A DNA stretch of 64,000 nt from a virus (IMGVR_UViG_3300038436_000248:8854-72853); one strand, 5' to 3'. Shown: positions 33,364 through 42,160, counted from the stretch's first letter. Translations and numbers: made by a program. Notes: generated by a model not told the origin, from the letters alone.

Positions 33364-34365
33364 CTACCCCTGGCTTATCCCATTATTATTGAGCCAATCA
33401 AGTCGCACACGGGACACTGTGGATTTTGGGAGTCCCGTAGCCCGAACAGTCTCAGCTACAGTTGGGACTCTCCCGGATACCTGGTACTCAGTGTCCAAAT
33501 GTGTACAAATTTCTGCCTTGTTGCGGGTGGCTCTTTTAGGGCCTAGTGAGACGTCCCGCCCATGTTTTGCCTCTGCCTGATAAAAACGTCCCATGTCCCG
33601 TCCCACTGGCTGTCCCACGTCCCGTCCCACTGGCTGTCCCAATTGGGACAAACGGGACTGCTTATTAGGGCTCTCGTCTTGTGGGCCACGGATGATACGA
33701 AGCTCTCCACGAGAGATTTTTCTCTCGTCTGATTTGGCCCAAGCGGCGTTCATTGAGGAAATGTATTTTGCGTACTCCCCTTTGAATGCACGCAAGTTTT
33801 CTTGATAGGCGGATAGCACAACCGCAATCTGCCCACCAAGCACATCGCCGCTCACGTACACAACAACAGAGGATCCCAGGCCCAGGATTATCGCAAGGAG
33901 ATACTGAAAGTACAGCAGGACAGAATGATCCATATTCTCCACAAGAGAGATAGATTGTCCCAGGCCCGCAATTGCTGAGATCATTGCCATAAAAACCAGG
34001 GCAACAACCAGGGTTCTTCCGGACGTTTTCTTTTCGTTTATTGCTCTGGCTGCAGCATAAACAACAATGCCACCCTCAATTGCGAATACTGCAGCACCAG
34101 CCTCAAGTTGTGCAAGAAGAACGGATCCGCTTGCAGCAGCAGCAAGGTAAAACATAGAGGCTGTGCGTGAAGCACCCAAAATGATTGCTGCAACAGATTG
34201 CAGCAAGTATAGCCAGAACATAAATCCAACACTGGTTATGTCAAGCGCCTTCGGTGTAACAGGAGGAGGCACACGAAGCTCATAGTTTGTTTTGAAGAGC
34301 TCGTATGCCTCCTGTTCTGCTTGTGCTACAACCGAGAGGCGGTCAGAAGTAACTGTTTCTCCCAT
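33364..34365 (-). CDS. Multi-TM protein with coiled coil, GQPVGRD repeats and C-terminal HTH
   Basis: Four hydrophobic helices; PTVAETVRATGLPKSTVSRVR HTH. Confidence 0.75.
   Translation of the reverse strand: MGETVTSDRLSVVAQAEQEAYELFKTNYELRVPPPVTPKALDITSVGFMFWLYLLQSVAAIILGASRTASMFYLAAAASGSVLLAQLEAGAAVFAIEGGIVVYAAARAINEKKTSGRTLVVALVFMAMISAIAGLGQSISLVENMDHSVLLYFQYLLAIILGLGSSVVVYVSGDVLGGQIAVVLSAYQENLRAFKGEYAKYISSMNAAWAKSDERKISRGELRIIRGPQDESPNKQSRLSQLGQPVGRDVGQPVGRDMGRFYQAEAKHGRDVSLGPKRATRNKAEICTHLDTEYQVSGRVPTVAETVRATGLPKSTVSRVRLDWLNNNGISQG
33595..33640. repeat. 24-bp tandem repeat GTCCCGTCCCACTGGCTGTCCCAC (about 2 copies)
   Basis: Direct reading; flanked by extra GTCCC/GGGAC words. Confidence 0.85.
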
Positions 34366-34383
34366 ACCGCCACCTTTCTTTTG

Positions 34384-34935
34384 TTAGAACGGGGGTTCCC
34401 AGGCGTCAGCTTCCTCGTAATCCATGGGGGCTTCCTGTGCAACTGGAGCCTGCCCACCACGGGGATACCCGCCGCCTTGCTGGTTCCCACCATTGCGATT
34501 CCAATTACCCCGCTGGTTTCCGCCACCATTGTTGCGGTTTCCTGAACCCTGCTGGTTCCAACCACCACCACGAGAAGAATTTTGGCGGGAACGACCACCA
34601 CCATTTCCGTTTGCTTCAGAGCCCGCAAAAGCCCAATCGGACACCTTCAAGTTGAAGGCTGTGACTTTGCTGCCGTTTTCCAGTGTGCGCTCGTAGGTAC
34701 TCAGAGTACCCTCCAGGGAAACTGCACGTCCGGCATGCACATACTCATTGAACGCCTCTGCCCGCTTGCCAAACATTGTGCAGTTGAACCAGTGCGTTTT
34801 CTTTTTGTCCCCGAAACCTTCTGTGACGGCGACTGAAAAGGACACCATTGCGGTTCCCTTTTCGTTTGGCAGGTACTGCATATTGGGATCTTTCCCAACG
34901 TTGCCCAGGATGTGAAAAGAATTATTTGCTGCCAT
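34384..34935 (-). CDS. ssb: Single-stranded DNA-binding protein
   Basis: GNVGKDP...FSVAV...THWFNCTMFGKRAE..., G/N-rich linker, acidic tail ending PPF. Confidence 0.95.
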   Translation of the reverse strand: MAANNSFHILGNVGKDPNMQYLPNEKGTAMVSFSVAVTEGFGDKKKTHWFNCTMFGKRAEAFNEYVHAGRAVSLEGTLSTYERTLENGSKVTAFNLKVSDWAFAGSEANGNGGGRSRQNSSRGGGWNQQGSGNRNNGGGNQRGNWNRNGGNQQGGGYPRGGQAPVAQEAPMDYEEADAWEPPF

Positions 34936-34970
34936 TTACCATTTTCTCCTTGTTTTCGTAAAGTAAGATT

Positions 34971-35549
34971 TTACAAATGCTGCATTCTTCGCCAGATCTC
35001 GTAGTAGTTTCTCCGGCACGATTCCGCACCACCACGGGCAAGATGAAGTTCTCCCTCTTCTTCAATACCGAGACCACGAGAAATACCTGCGCCATGGAAA
35101 CTTGGAAACTTCACGTTCGGATCCTTTGATGCAAGCTCCTTTGCCAGGTCAATTACATCTGTGCTCACTCGAGGAAAGCAGGCGAACTCCAGCTCCTGGG
35201 GCATAAGGTGCCACAGAAACTTCTGGTCAAACTTGGGGTTTTGTCCAATGAACTCCGTCGTTTCATGCGTGATATTGTGTTGAAGGATCCAGGACAGGAT
35301 CTTTTGAATTGCTTGAGGTCGGGGGACGCCAGTTTCCTGCAAGAGTTCCCAGGTAAAACCATTTACCTCAAGAGCTTTTGGGGAGGCATTTGCAAACTCC
35401 TCTTCTGTTGGCTGAATAACAAACTCCAGCATTTCGCTGTTCACGTCTGCATCAACCCTGTCCAGGATAAAACACCCGGAGAGTACGACGGAACCCTCGT
35501 CGGGCTTTAGACCTGTGGTTTCTAAATCTACGAACAACCTGTGCTTCAT
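34971..35549 (-). CDS. DEDDh 3'-5' exonuclease (DnaQ-like)
   Basis: FVDLETTGL, IGQNPKFDQKF, HLARGGAE. Confidence 0.88.
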   Translation of the reverse strand: MKHRLFVDLETTGLKPDEGSVVLSGCFILDRVDADVNSEMLEFVIQPTEEEFANASPKALEVNGFTWELLQETGVPRPQAIQKILSWILQHNITHETTEFIGQNPKFDQKFLWHLMPQELEFACFPRVSTDVIDLAKELASKDPNVKFPSFHGAGISRGLGIEEEGELHLARGGAESCRRNYYEIWRRMQHL

Positions 35550-35566
35550 TTTTTCTCACCTCCTGA

Positions 35567-35592
35567 AATAAAAAACCCCGCCTTGGCGGGGT
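35567..35592 (-). terminator. Intrinsic terminator closing the stable-RNA transcript
   Basis: ACCCCGCC-AA-GGCGGGGT followed by TTTTTATTT. Confidence 0.85.
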
Positions 35593-35636
35593 GGGATACA
35601 TATCTTTATGCAGCACCACGGCCATAAAGTAAATAA

Positions 35637-35729
35637 GTGTGACGGGCTAGGCGGACGAAAGGATCCATACGAGAAACTCATCTTCAAGGCACAGGACGGC
35701 AAATGGGAGAATGCCTGAGCCCGTCACAC
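35637..35729 (-). ncRNA. Long hairpin RNA (93 nt) directly 3' of tRNA-like element 2
   Basis: GTGTGACGGGCT-C-AGGC ... GCCT-AGCCCGTCACAC, a 16-bp closing stem with one bulged C. Confidence 0.55.
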
Positions 35730-35732
35730 GAC

Positions 35733-35804
35733 TCCTTTCGGCGGGGTTCAAACCCGCATCTCCCCCCGTTATGGCAGGCGGAATATCGGTTTTCCTACGA
35801 AAGG
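35733..35804 (-). tRNA. tRNA-like cloverleaf 2 (non-canonical; isotype unassignable)
   Basis: CCTTTCG TA GGAA-AACCGATA-TTCC G CCTGC-CATAACG-GGGGG AGAT GCGGG-TTTGAAC-CCCGC CGAAAGG A; 72 nt; no D-loop GG, no U33, one anticodon-stem mismatch, no CCA. Confidence 0.6.
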
Positions 35805-35892
35805 ATGTTGCAATCGGCCTGGCTGCTTGGGATTTGTAGATTTTCTTTATATCGCCAGACCTGCGGGTATACATAAGGCGCCGTAGCGCTTG

Positions 35893-35964
35893 AGCCACCC
35901 CCAGGAGTCGAACCTGGCCCCCCAGCATTCACTTCTACTGGCGTGCTCTATACACCAGGGCGGC
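35893..35964 (-). tRNA. tRNA-like cloverleaf 1 (non-canonical; 10-nt anticodon loop)
   Basis: GCCGCCC TG GTGT-ATAGA-GCAC G CCAGT-AGAAGTGAAT-GCTGG GGGG CCAGG-TTCGACT-CCTGG GGGTGGC T; canonical T-arm, 5-nt D-loop, no CCA. Confidence 0.7.
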
Positions 35965-36017
35965 TTGGTAATAAGGATATTCAGTTTGTAAAGAACCGTT
36001 TATCTTTATCTTTTATA

Positions 36018-36047
36018 AGTATAGCATGGTATGTTTGAATTTGTCAA
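36018..36047 (-). promoter_or_regulatory. Strong sigma70-type promoter TTGACA-N18-TATACT driving the tRNA-like cluster
   Basis: Minus strand TTGACAAATTCAAACATACCATGCTATACT; followed by a boxA-like leader. Confidence 0.85.
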
Positions 36048-36289
36048 GCATCATTTTTATTAGAAAAGGATTCTACTTTCACGCTCTTTACGGATTTAGA
36101 AGTGGCAATAATTACCGTGGGTAATATGTTGCCTATGTTTTGCAGTTCAAGGAGACTTTGATGGAGTTTCTGGGCAGTCTGATCCTCGTCTACAATAATG
36201 ATATGCAGTGATTCTCTGTCCAGGGTGAGAATGTGAAGCGCCAGGTCTTCTGTGGTTTTCTTGCTTTTTTTCTTGAATATGGAGAACAT
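36044..36289 (-). CDS. Hypothetical protein
   Basis: 81 aa; TAATG coupling with thyX. Confidence 0.7.
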   Translation of the reverse strand: MFSIFKKKSKKTTEDLALHILTLDRESLHIIIVDEDQTAQKLHQSLLELQNIGNILPTVIIATSKSVKSVKVESFSNKNDA

Positions 36290-36990
36290 TATTTTTTCCT
36301 TTCAAGCCAGACTGTGTGCAGCTCGGGGAGGTTCTCGTGGAGAAAGTACTCCAAAACTTCTGCGTACAAACGGGTTTCCTCCATGGCGTGTGGGGATAAC
36401 CGTTCTTCCAGCATATGAAACAACGCCTGCAAGCTTATTGTCATCGTCCAGGTAATATAGAGGGTGTTGACAGGAAGGAATAGACGTGCCATTTCAGGGG
36501 CAACGTTTTTATTCAGGGCCTTTTCGTAAAGATCCAGAGAGAGATCAATAAAATCAGACAAGTCCCCGGACAGCTCCAGTCCCTCTTCAAAATGCAAGCA
36601 CTCAGCGGACGATCCGTCTTTTGCTTTTCCTGCTGCCTGTCTCCACGACGCCGCCTTTGGAATGTAGAACCGTTCCTTGTCAACCTTTTTCATGTACCGC
36701 AAAGACATCTCAGACCATGCAGACATTGTGTCTGGCTGGGCCGTACCAATAACATAGCGCTGAATTTGGCGCATCACAATAAAGGGGGCTTTCATTTCAA
36801 AGGTGAGGAGTACATGTCGAAACGGGTGGTACTCTTTTCTGTCGATCAGCTTTTGAAGAAACTCACGGTGTTCTTTCTTGTAAAAACTCTCATGGGCATC
36901 AAATGACTGGCGTGCAGCATTGACAACCGTAAGCTCATCCCCGAGCACGCCTTTTAGATCTACATAACCCGATAACACTTTCTTTCTCAT
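36289..36990 (-). CDS. thyX: FAD-dependent thymidylate synthase
   Basis: VVNAARQSF, HPFRHV.LTFE..AP..VMRQ.QRY, SEMSLRY, APEMARLFLP. Confidence 0.92.
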   Translation of the reverse strand: MRKKVLSGYVDLKGVLGDELTVVNAARQSFDAHESFYKKEHREFLQKLIDRKEYHPFRHVLLTFEMKAPFIVMRQIQRYVIGTAQPDTMSAWSEMSLRYMKKVDKERFYIPKAASWRQAAGKAKDGSSAECLHFEEGLELSGDLSDFIDLSLDLYEKALNKNVAPEMARLFLPVNTLYITWTMTISLQALFHMLEERLSPHAMEETRLYAEVLEYFLHENLPELHTVWLERKK

Positions 36991-38054
36991 TGCTTCTGAT
37001 CCTCCATTATTTTGCGAGCGGCAATTCTTTTCTCATTGAGGGCGTGAAATTCCTTACCCTTCAAAAAATACCAGTTCTCCCACCCATTGCATGGGGCGCC
37101 ATCTGAAAGGGCTTTTCCGACCTGGTGAATAGATCCCCGGGCATCCCCTGCCATTAGAGACCCGTCCGCCATGACCAGTGCCGCAACCTGTTTCTTTTCC
37201 CCGAAAAACAGATAATCCCCGGGGTTTATAAGTCCAAGCTCCAACAGTTTCGGGAAAGGGACTTTCCGCTCTTTCGGGCGCTCAACCATGACCTCTACCA
37301 GTCCAAGGTGCTGCACGGAGGCTATCCTCTGCTTTGCAAGATCAATATACTCCGCAGAATTATCAATCCCAACAAAGCGTCTATGCAGCTTCTTTGCAAC
37401 CGCACCCGTTGTGCCTGTGCCAAGGAAAGGATCCAACACAAGGTCATCCTTTTTTGATGAGGACAAAATCACACGGTATAAAAGAGCTTCTGGCTTCTGA
37501 GTTGAGTGGGCCTTTTTGCCATCCTTCTTCAAGCGTTCCTTCCCGGAGCAAATAGGAAGTTCCCAATCACTTCTCATTTGCTTGTCCCCGTTCAGGGATT
37601 TCATGGCATGGTAATCAAAATAGGGCTTTCCAGATTTATTTTTTGCTGCCCAAATCAGAGTCTCGTGTGCATTGCAAAACCTGGTGCCCTTGAAGTTTGG
37701 CGTTGGATTGCTCTTGACCCATACAACATCATTGAGTAGCCAAAATCCAAGCTTCTGCATAAGATACCCAATCAGAAAAATGTTGTGATAAGAGCCAATA
37801 ACCCAAATGGATCCTGTGGGCTTCAAGACTCGCTGGCATTCGGCAAGCCAACTTTCACAGAATTTCAGATAAGATTCCTGATCAGGGAAGGAATCCCAAT
37901 CATCCCTTGTGCCATCAAATAAGGTTTGGTCTGGTCTATAAAGCTTTGTGTCTGATAACTGCAAGTTGTATGGGGGGTCTGCAAAGATCAAGTCTATTGA
38001 AGCTGTCTCAAGTGTTTTGAGAGTTTCGACAACATCTCCTTTTATAAGACTCAC
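36987..38054 (-). CDS. ccrM: CcrM/M.HinfI-like beta-class N6-adenine DNA methyltransferase (predicted GANTC)
   Basis: LIFADPPYNLQL, IWVIGSYHNIF, NPTPNFKGTRFCNAHETLIWA, QMRSDW, HSTQKPEALL, LDPFLGTGTT, plus CcrM-type C-terminal domain (GSIHQVG...CNGWENW). Confidence 0.9.
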   Translation of the reverse strand: MSLIKGDVVETLKTLETASIDLIFADPPYNLQLSDTKLYRPDQTLFDGTRDDWDSFPDQESYLKFCESWLAECQRVLKPTGSIWVIGSYHNIFLIGYLMQKLGFWLLNDVVWVKSNPTPNFKGTRFCNAHETLIWAAKNKSGKPYFDYHAMKSLNGDKQMRSDWELPICSGKERLKKDGKKAHSTQKPEALLYRVILSSSKKDDLVLDPFLGTGTTGAVAKKLHRRFVGIDNSAEYIDLAKQRIASVQHLGLVEVMVERPKERKVPFPKLLELGLINPGDYLFFGEKKQVAALVMADGSLMAGDARGSIHQVGKALSDGAPCNGWENWYFLKGKEFHALNEKRIAARKIMEDQKQ

Positions 38055-38149
38055 AACTAATATTCTCCTTTTCTATTATGGAATATCTCTATTTTTGAAA
38101 ACTTTATATTCTTGGGGGCTTCTCTACCAGCTGGAGTTCTATCAATAAT

Positions 38150-38830
38150 GGATAACCCCTCAGCCCCCTCAAGGGTATGGTTTCACGGAAGACAGCTCCC
38201 CCCACAGAAGGCAAACAGATACATTTTTCCTGTATGCTTCTGTGGGGGAAGGAACTGTATATTCATAGTATCACTATGCGGTGTTGATGGGTTGGGTCAC
38301 CCAAGGCTTGAAATGTGACAAGGAAGTCACACACCGATCCTCTCTCTCCTGCGCCTGCCGCACGTACAACTCCAAGCATTTCTGCTATCCTGCCCAGGTC
38401 CGTAATTTACCAGGAATCTGTCGCTACCTTCTCGGAGGCCCTTTGTAGGGGACATATTTGTTGTACGCCCTCGAATAACGGGACGGGGGGTTTCTTATGT
38501 TTAGACCTACTTCTTGCGTGATAACTTTGTAGGCTCTGGGATGTTATCACACCAATGGAGCGGCCTCTGTCTTCTTTACAGGTTCCCGCTCAGACGTTTT
38601 ACTTATGCCTCCGCCGTTGCCGCCGAGCGCATAAGAGCCAGCACAGTGATAAAAAACACATCGGGCAAACGTGTTTCGGCACACCAATCGACGTCCTATT
38701 TTGGCTCACTCCGACTGGCACGGGAGGGAGCGATGGAGAAGTAGGTTTGTAGATAATTGATGCTGTTCTTTTCGACCCATGCCCACGTGTTTGTTTACAG
38801 TGTGCACCCTACGAATTTGTTTTCTTTATG
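38150..38830. other. Long structured non-coding region (candidate large ncRNA or origin)
   Basis: 12-bp stem 38199-38210/38237-38248; 10-bp long-range stem 38505-38514/38737-38746 enclosing nested hairpins; no minus-strand ORF of 60 aa or more. Confidence 0.5.
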
Positions 38831-38920
38831 GCTATGGGCTCTTTGTTTTTATTGGGGGGTGCCCCGCATCATTCACACATATAAAAATGCCCTTTTTATA
38901 TGCGTTTTTATCTATGGTTA

Positions 38921-40867
38921 TTATATATCGTTATTACTGAAAGAGTCAAGCCCCTGTTTTATTTTTCCCTTTATCATCACATTTAGTATCACCCAGAAGA
39001 CATGTTCTTTTTTATGCTTCTCTACAGCCCTCTGCAGTTTTACTGATAACGGGAAGGGTATTGGGTTGTCCTCTTTATTCATTACACCTTTTACGAAATC
39101 AATAATTTGCTGTTCAGGAACCTCAGCAAGGATCGCAACAATATCAGCCGCCTCCTTGTCCCTCATATCAGACGGAGGAGCTTTTTGTTCCTCTTCTGCC
39201 ATGTCTTTTTCTTCATCCTTCACGGTCACTTTTGCAACTGCGGCCTTGAAATTTCTTTTACCCGTAGCCTCTGCGGCTGCCTGAAGGTACAACATAGAAT
39301 GCGCAAGGTGGTCTGCACGAATACTACGCCAGACGCCAACCTCAACCTCTGTTGATCCCCGTTTTCTTCGCTCTATATCTCTGCGAATTGCGCTTGCTTG
39401 ATCCATGAGAATTTCCACTTCCTGTAAGGGGGCAGCAGCGGATCCAGGAAGAGCAAACAAGCCATCCTTTATAGATTCCACAAGACCATCAAAACCCATA
39501 GTCCTGTCAATCAGGATTCCCTCAGGGATTTTCTTATCCCCAAACCGTATACTGTATGTCTGTTTTTGCTCCACATAGTCCGCCATCAAGATACGAGAGG
39601 GGAAGTCTGTTTGCAGCGCCTTTACAGAATGCCTGTTTGGGTCACCGTCAATAACAGCTCTCTTGATACGAAATGCTTTTATCAGCTTTGCTACTTTATC
39701 AAACCCCTCATCGAATGGCACAATCTCAATGTGGACAATTTTCAGTCGTCGAGATCCTTTTTCTATTTTGCCAACAACAAGTTGAAGTTGATTGCCTTGA
39801 TCCACACCCATATAGTATGTTGATGACCCATCATGGTGAGTCTCTGGTGCGTAGGGCTCATCAAAACAGTTCTCCAGGAAATCTGTGCGTTCCAAGGATC
39901 CCCCAGCGTATGTATAGGGCCTTCCAAGACGCTTTCTGTAGAACTCCGCCATGGTTTGATTTGGATCACGGAAATGCTTGTACATTACATGTGCAGGGGA
40001 TGTCATCATTTGTGAAATGTGATACCCAACAAGTTCCATTGATCTGTCCGGGCGCTGTGCAACCCACTGCCCTTGTTGAACATCCTCAAGAGTCAGCTCC
40101 CTGTTACACTTCACGCACCCATAGAAAACCTTATCAGGGTTGTCCGGGGGGCCAGATATACGGAGGGTCTTTTCCCAATCAAGGGGCTGCTTTTCTCCAC
40201 ACTGAGGACAGGGGACGAGCCATTCCCTTTGATCCGAGTCATTATAGACAGCATCAATCCCATAGTTCGGAAGGGTTGGCGTGGATAAATACATGAGTAT
40301 TTGCCAGGTACTCGCATCAAGGCGGTTGATTGCCGTACCAACATGCTCAGGAGCACAAAGATCCACTTCATCCAGGAGCAGAGCGTCTGCTGGCATTGAG
40401 CGGGGTTCTACACTACCCTCAAGCAGGAACAGATAGCTTTTACCTATCCGCTTTGTATACACGGAATTTGGCTTACCAAGCTTTGCTTTCAGGAAGGGGG
40501 AGTTGTCAATTACTGGATCAAGACGTGTATTTGAGAAGTCCTGGCAGTCTTTTTGGCGAGGCTCCATCATCATCACACGCACTTCCCAATAGCTTAGAAA
40601 GTGTAAGGCCTTTACAAGCGCCATAGTTGTAATGCCCGCTTGGGTTGATTTTGTGAAGCATACTTTTCTGGGCTCTCCGAAAGAATTTTTTTCAATCCTA
40701 TACGGGTTGACCATATTGTATGGCTCAACAATCCATTTACGTGAGCTGATTTCCCATTTCTTTCCGTCAAGCAAGTCCACATGGGAGATGCCAAAAGCAA
40801 GCGGATCCCGCTTGTTCAGGGAATCTAACTCAGCTGCGGGCAGCAAGTTACTCCCCATCTGTTGCAC
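38921..40867 (-). CDS. Terminase large subunit (GpA-like)
   Basis: KSTQAGIT Walker A, LLLDEVD Walker B, STPT coupling motif, CPQCG zinc knuckle, YYMGVDQG nuclease motif. Confidence 0.93.
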   Translation of the reverse strand: MQQMGSNLLPAAELDSLNKRDPLAFGISHVDLLDGKKWEISSRKWIVEPYNMVNPYRIEKNSFGEPRKVCFTKSTQAGITTMALVKALHFLSYWEVRVMMMEPRQKDCQDFSNTRLDPVIDNSPFLKAKLGKPNSVYTKRIGKSYLFLLEGSVEPRSMPADALLLDEVDLCAPEHVGTAINRLDASTWQILMYLSTPTLPNYGIDAVYNDSDQREWLVPCPQCGEKQPLDWEKTLRISGPPDNPDKVFYGCVKCNRELTLEDVQQGQWVAQRPDRSMELVGYHISQMMTSPAHVMYKHFRDPNQTMAEFYRKRLGRPYTYAGGSLERTDFLENCFDEPYAPETHHDGSSTYYMGVDQGNQLQLVVGKIEKGSRRLKIVHIEIVPFDEGFDKVAKLIKAFRIKRAVIDGDPNRHSVKALQTDFPSRILMADYVEQKQTYSIRFGDKKIPEGILIDRTMGFDGLVESIKDGLFALPGSAAAPLQEVEILMDQASAIRRDIERRKRGSTEVEVGVWRSIRADHLAHSMLYLQAAAEATGKRNFKAAVAKVTVKDEEKDMAEEEQKAPPSDMRDKEAADIVAILAEVPEQQIIDFVKGVMNKEDNPIPFPLSVKLQRAVEKHKKEHVFWVILNVMIKGKIKQGLDSFSNNDI

Positions 40868-41690
40868 CCCCCTGCGCAGGACGGTTTTTGTTTATGGATT
40901 TCAGGGTGCCCATGGGCAGCATGAATACAGTTTCATATTCATGGGACTTCATCTTGTGCTTGCCGATCACGTGTATACCTGGAGCCCACGTTCTATCTCC
41001 ACATATGTGACACAGGAGACCGTCTTCATTGACGTCAGCGGTACCTACTACACCAAAAGCAGAATTACCCTCATGGTCTAATAATGGGGCGTCCTCTTTG
41101 GAAATCTCTTCTACAACGAATACGCCCTCAATAGGTTCTTCTTCTTCCCTCTTTGCCGCAATACTGGACGCCAAGTACTCCAGGGCATCCTCTTTAGCTT
41201 TCAGCGTTTGATCCTCTCCCCGCATGTGAATATTCACATCAATTTCTTTTCCTGCAAACAAACCAAGAATGTATCTTGCATGCAGGCCCACTGCGGAAAC
41301 AAGTTTAGGATCTACTGTATCATCACGCAAACTAAGGCCGAGTATCTCTCCGGACTTTTCAACCGCCATAGCAAACTGCTGCTCCATGGTATTCATCCTC
41401 CATGCGGTGAGCAGCTTTCTTCCGTTTGATACGGCCATTGCCATTCTTGGGTATTTCGATAACCAGCCCTTTACTTCAGATGGTTTTGCTCCCAGCTCTT
41501 TTGCTATTTTGTATATGGGCCACCCACAGACCATCAGTTCTGTTGCCCGAATAACCTTGTCCGGAATGTCATCATCCACCAGGTCATCAACAATTGAATC
41601 CACAATACTAGCCCATTCAACATCTTGAATTGGGCCATCTATAACTGCTAGAGCTTTGTCTTTGGTTACGGGGTGTTTATTCGTCATCAA
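40848..41690 (-). CDS. Putative terminase small subunit: N-terminal HTH plus C-terminal Ros/MucR-like zinc finger
   Basis: GWPIYKIAKELG..PSEVKGW; LLCHICG...GIHV..KHKM..HEYETVF; directly upstream of terL. Confidence 0.55.
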   Translation of the reverse strand: MMTNKHPVTKDKALAVIDGPIQDVEWASIVDSIVDDLVDDDIPDKVIRATELMVCGWPIYKIAKELGAKPSEVKGWLSKYPRMAMAVSNGRKLLTAWRMNTMEQQFAMAVEKSGEILGLSLRDDTVDPKLVSAVGLHARYILGLFAGKEIDVNIHMRGEDQTLKAKEDALEYLASSIAAKREEEEPIEGVFVVEEISKEDAPLLDHEGNSAFGVVGTADVNEDGLLCHICGDRTWAPGIHVIGKHKMKSHEYETVFMLPMGTLKSINKNRPAQGGATDGE

Positions 41691-41934
41691 TCACATCCTC
41701 AAGCTGCGCTTTTGTGATCTCGGAGCGTGTGAGGTCTGTGAATGTGACTTCATGTTTTTTTACACGGCTCTCCCTTCGGCGCTTTCTTTGTTCATCACGC
41801 CACAAAAAGGAAAGCCATTCAGGCCAGCTTGCAATTTTGTTCCCGTAAATCTTCTCGCATTCAGAACAAATTGCAAACCGCCAAGTAATCATCTTCCCAC
41901 AACCACCGAGGCAAAAGTGCATTTTTCTACCCAT
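41677..41934 (-). CDS. Small Cys-containing hypothetical protein
   Basis: CLGGCG...CSECE; coupled to neighbours. Confidence 0.65.
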   Translation of the reverse strand: MGRKMHFCLGGCGKMITWRFAICSECEKIYGNKIASWPEWLSFLWRDEQRKRRRESRVKKHEVTFTDLTRSEITKAQLEDVIDDE

Positions 41935-42160
41935 AAGAACTACAAATGGGTTTAGCCCGAAGTTGTCCAGCTAAAGCATTTATAGCGTTCTTTTTATGTG
42001 CCCCGACGGTTGCCCTAGAAACCCCCAGCAGGGTGACGATGTGCTTTTGCTGAAATCCTGCATAGACAAGAGAAATGACAGCTACTTGCCCCTCAGGGAG
42101 CTCATCCATTGCCAGGGCAATTTCAGCTTCCAAAAATGATTCATCTATATTTTCATGCAT
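41927..42160 (-). CDS. Sigma-70 region-4 / LuxR-type HTH protein (stand-alone)
   Basis: MDELPEGQVAVISLVY.GF.QKHI..LLGVSRATV..HKKNAINAL. Confidence 0.8.
   Translation of the reverse strand: MHENIDESFLEAEIALAMDELPEGQVAVISLVYAGFQQKHIVTLLGVSRATVGAHKKNAINALAGQLRAKPICSSYG

Noticed and set aside
35640-35700. Hammerhead ribozyme (GATGAG and CGAAA words)
   Set aside because: The CUGANGA core is absent and the two words are on opposite strands
35893-35964. Canonical tRNA-His (GTG in the loop)
   Set aside because: 10-nt loop, no U33, no G-1/C73 identity and a 5-nt D-loop
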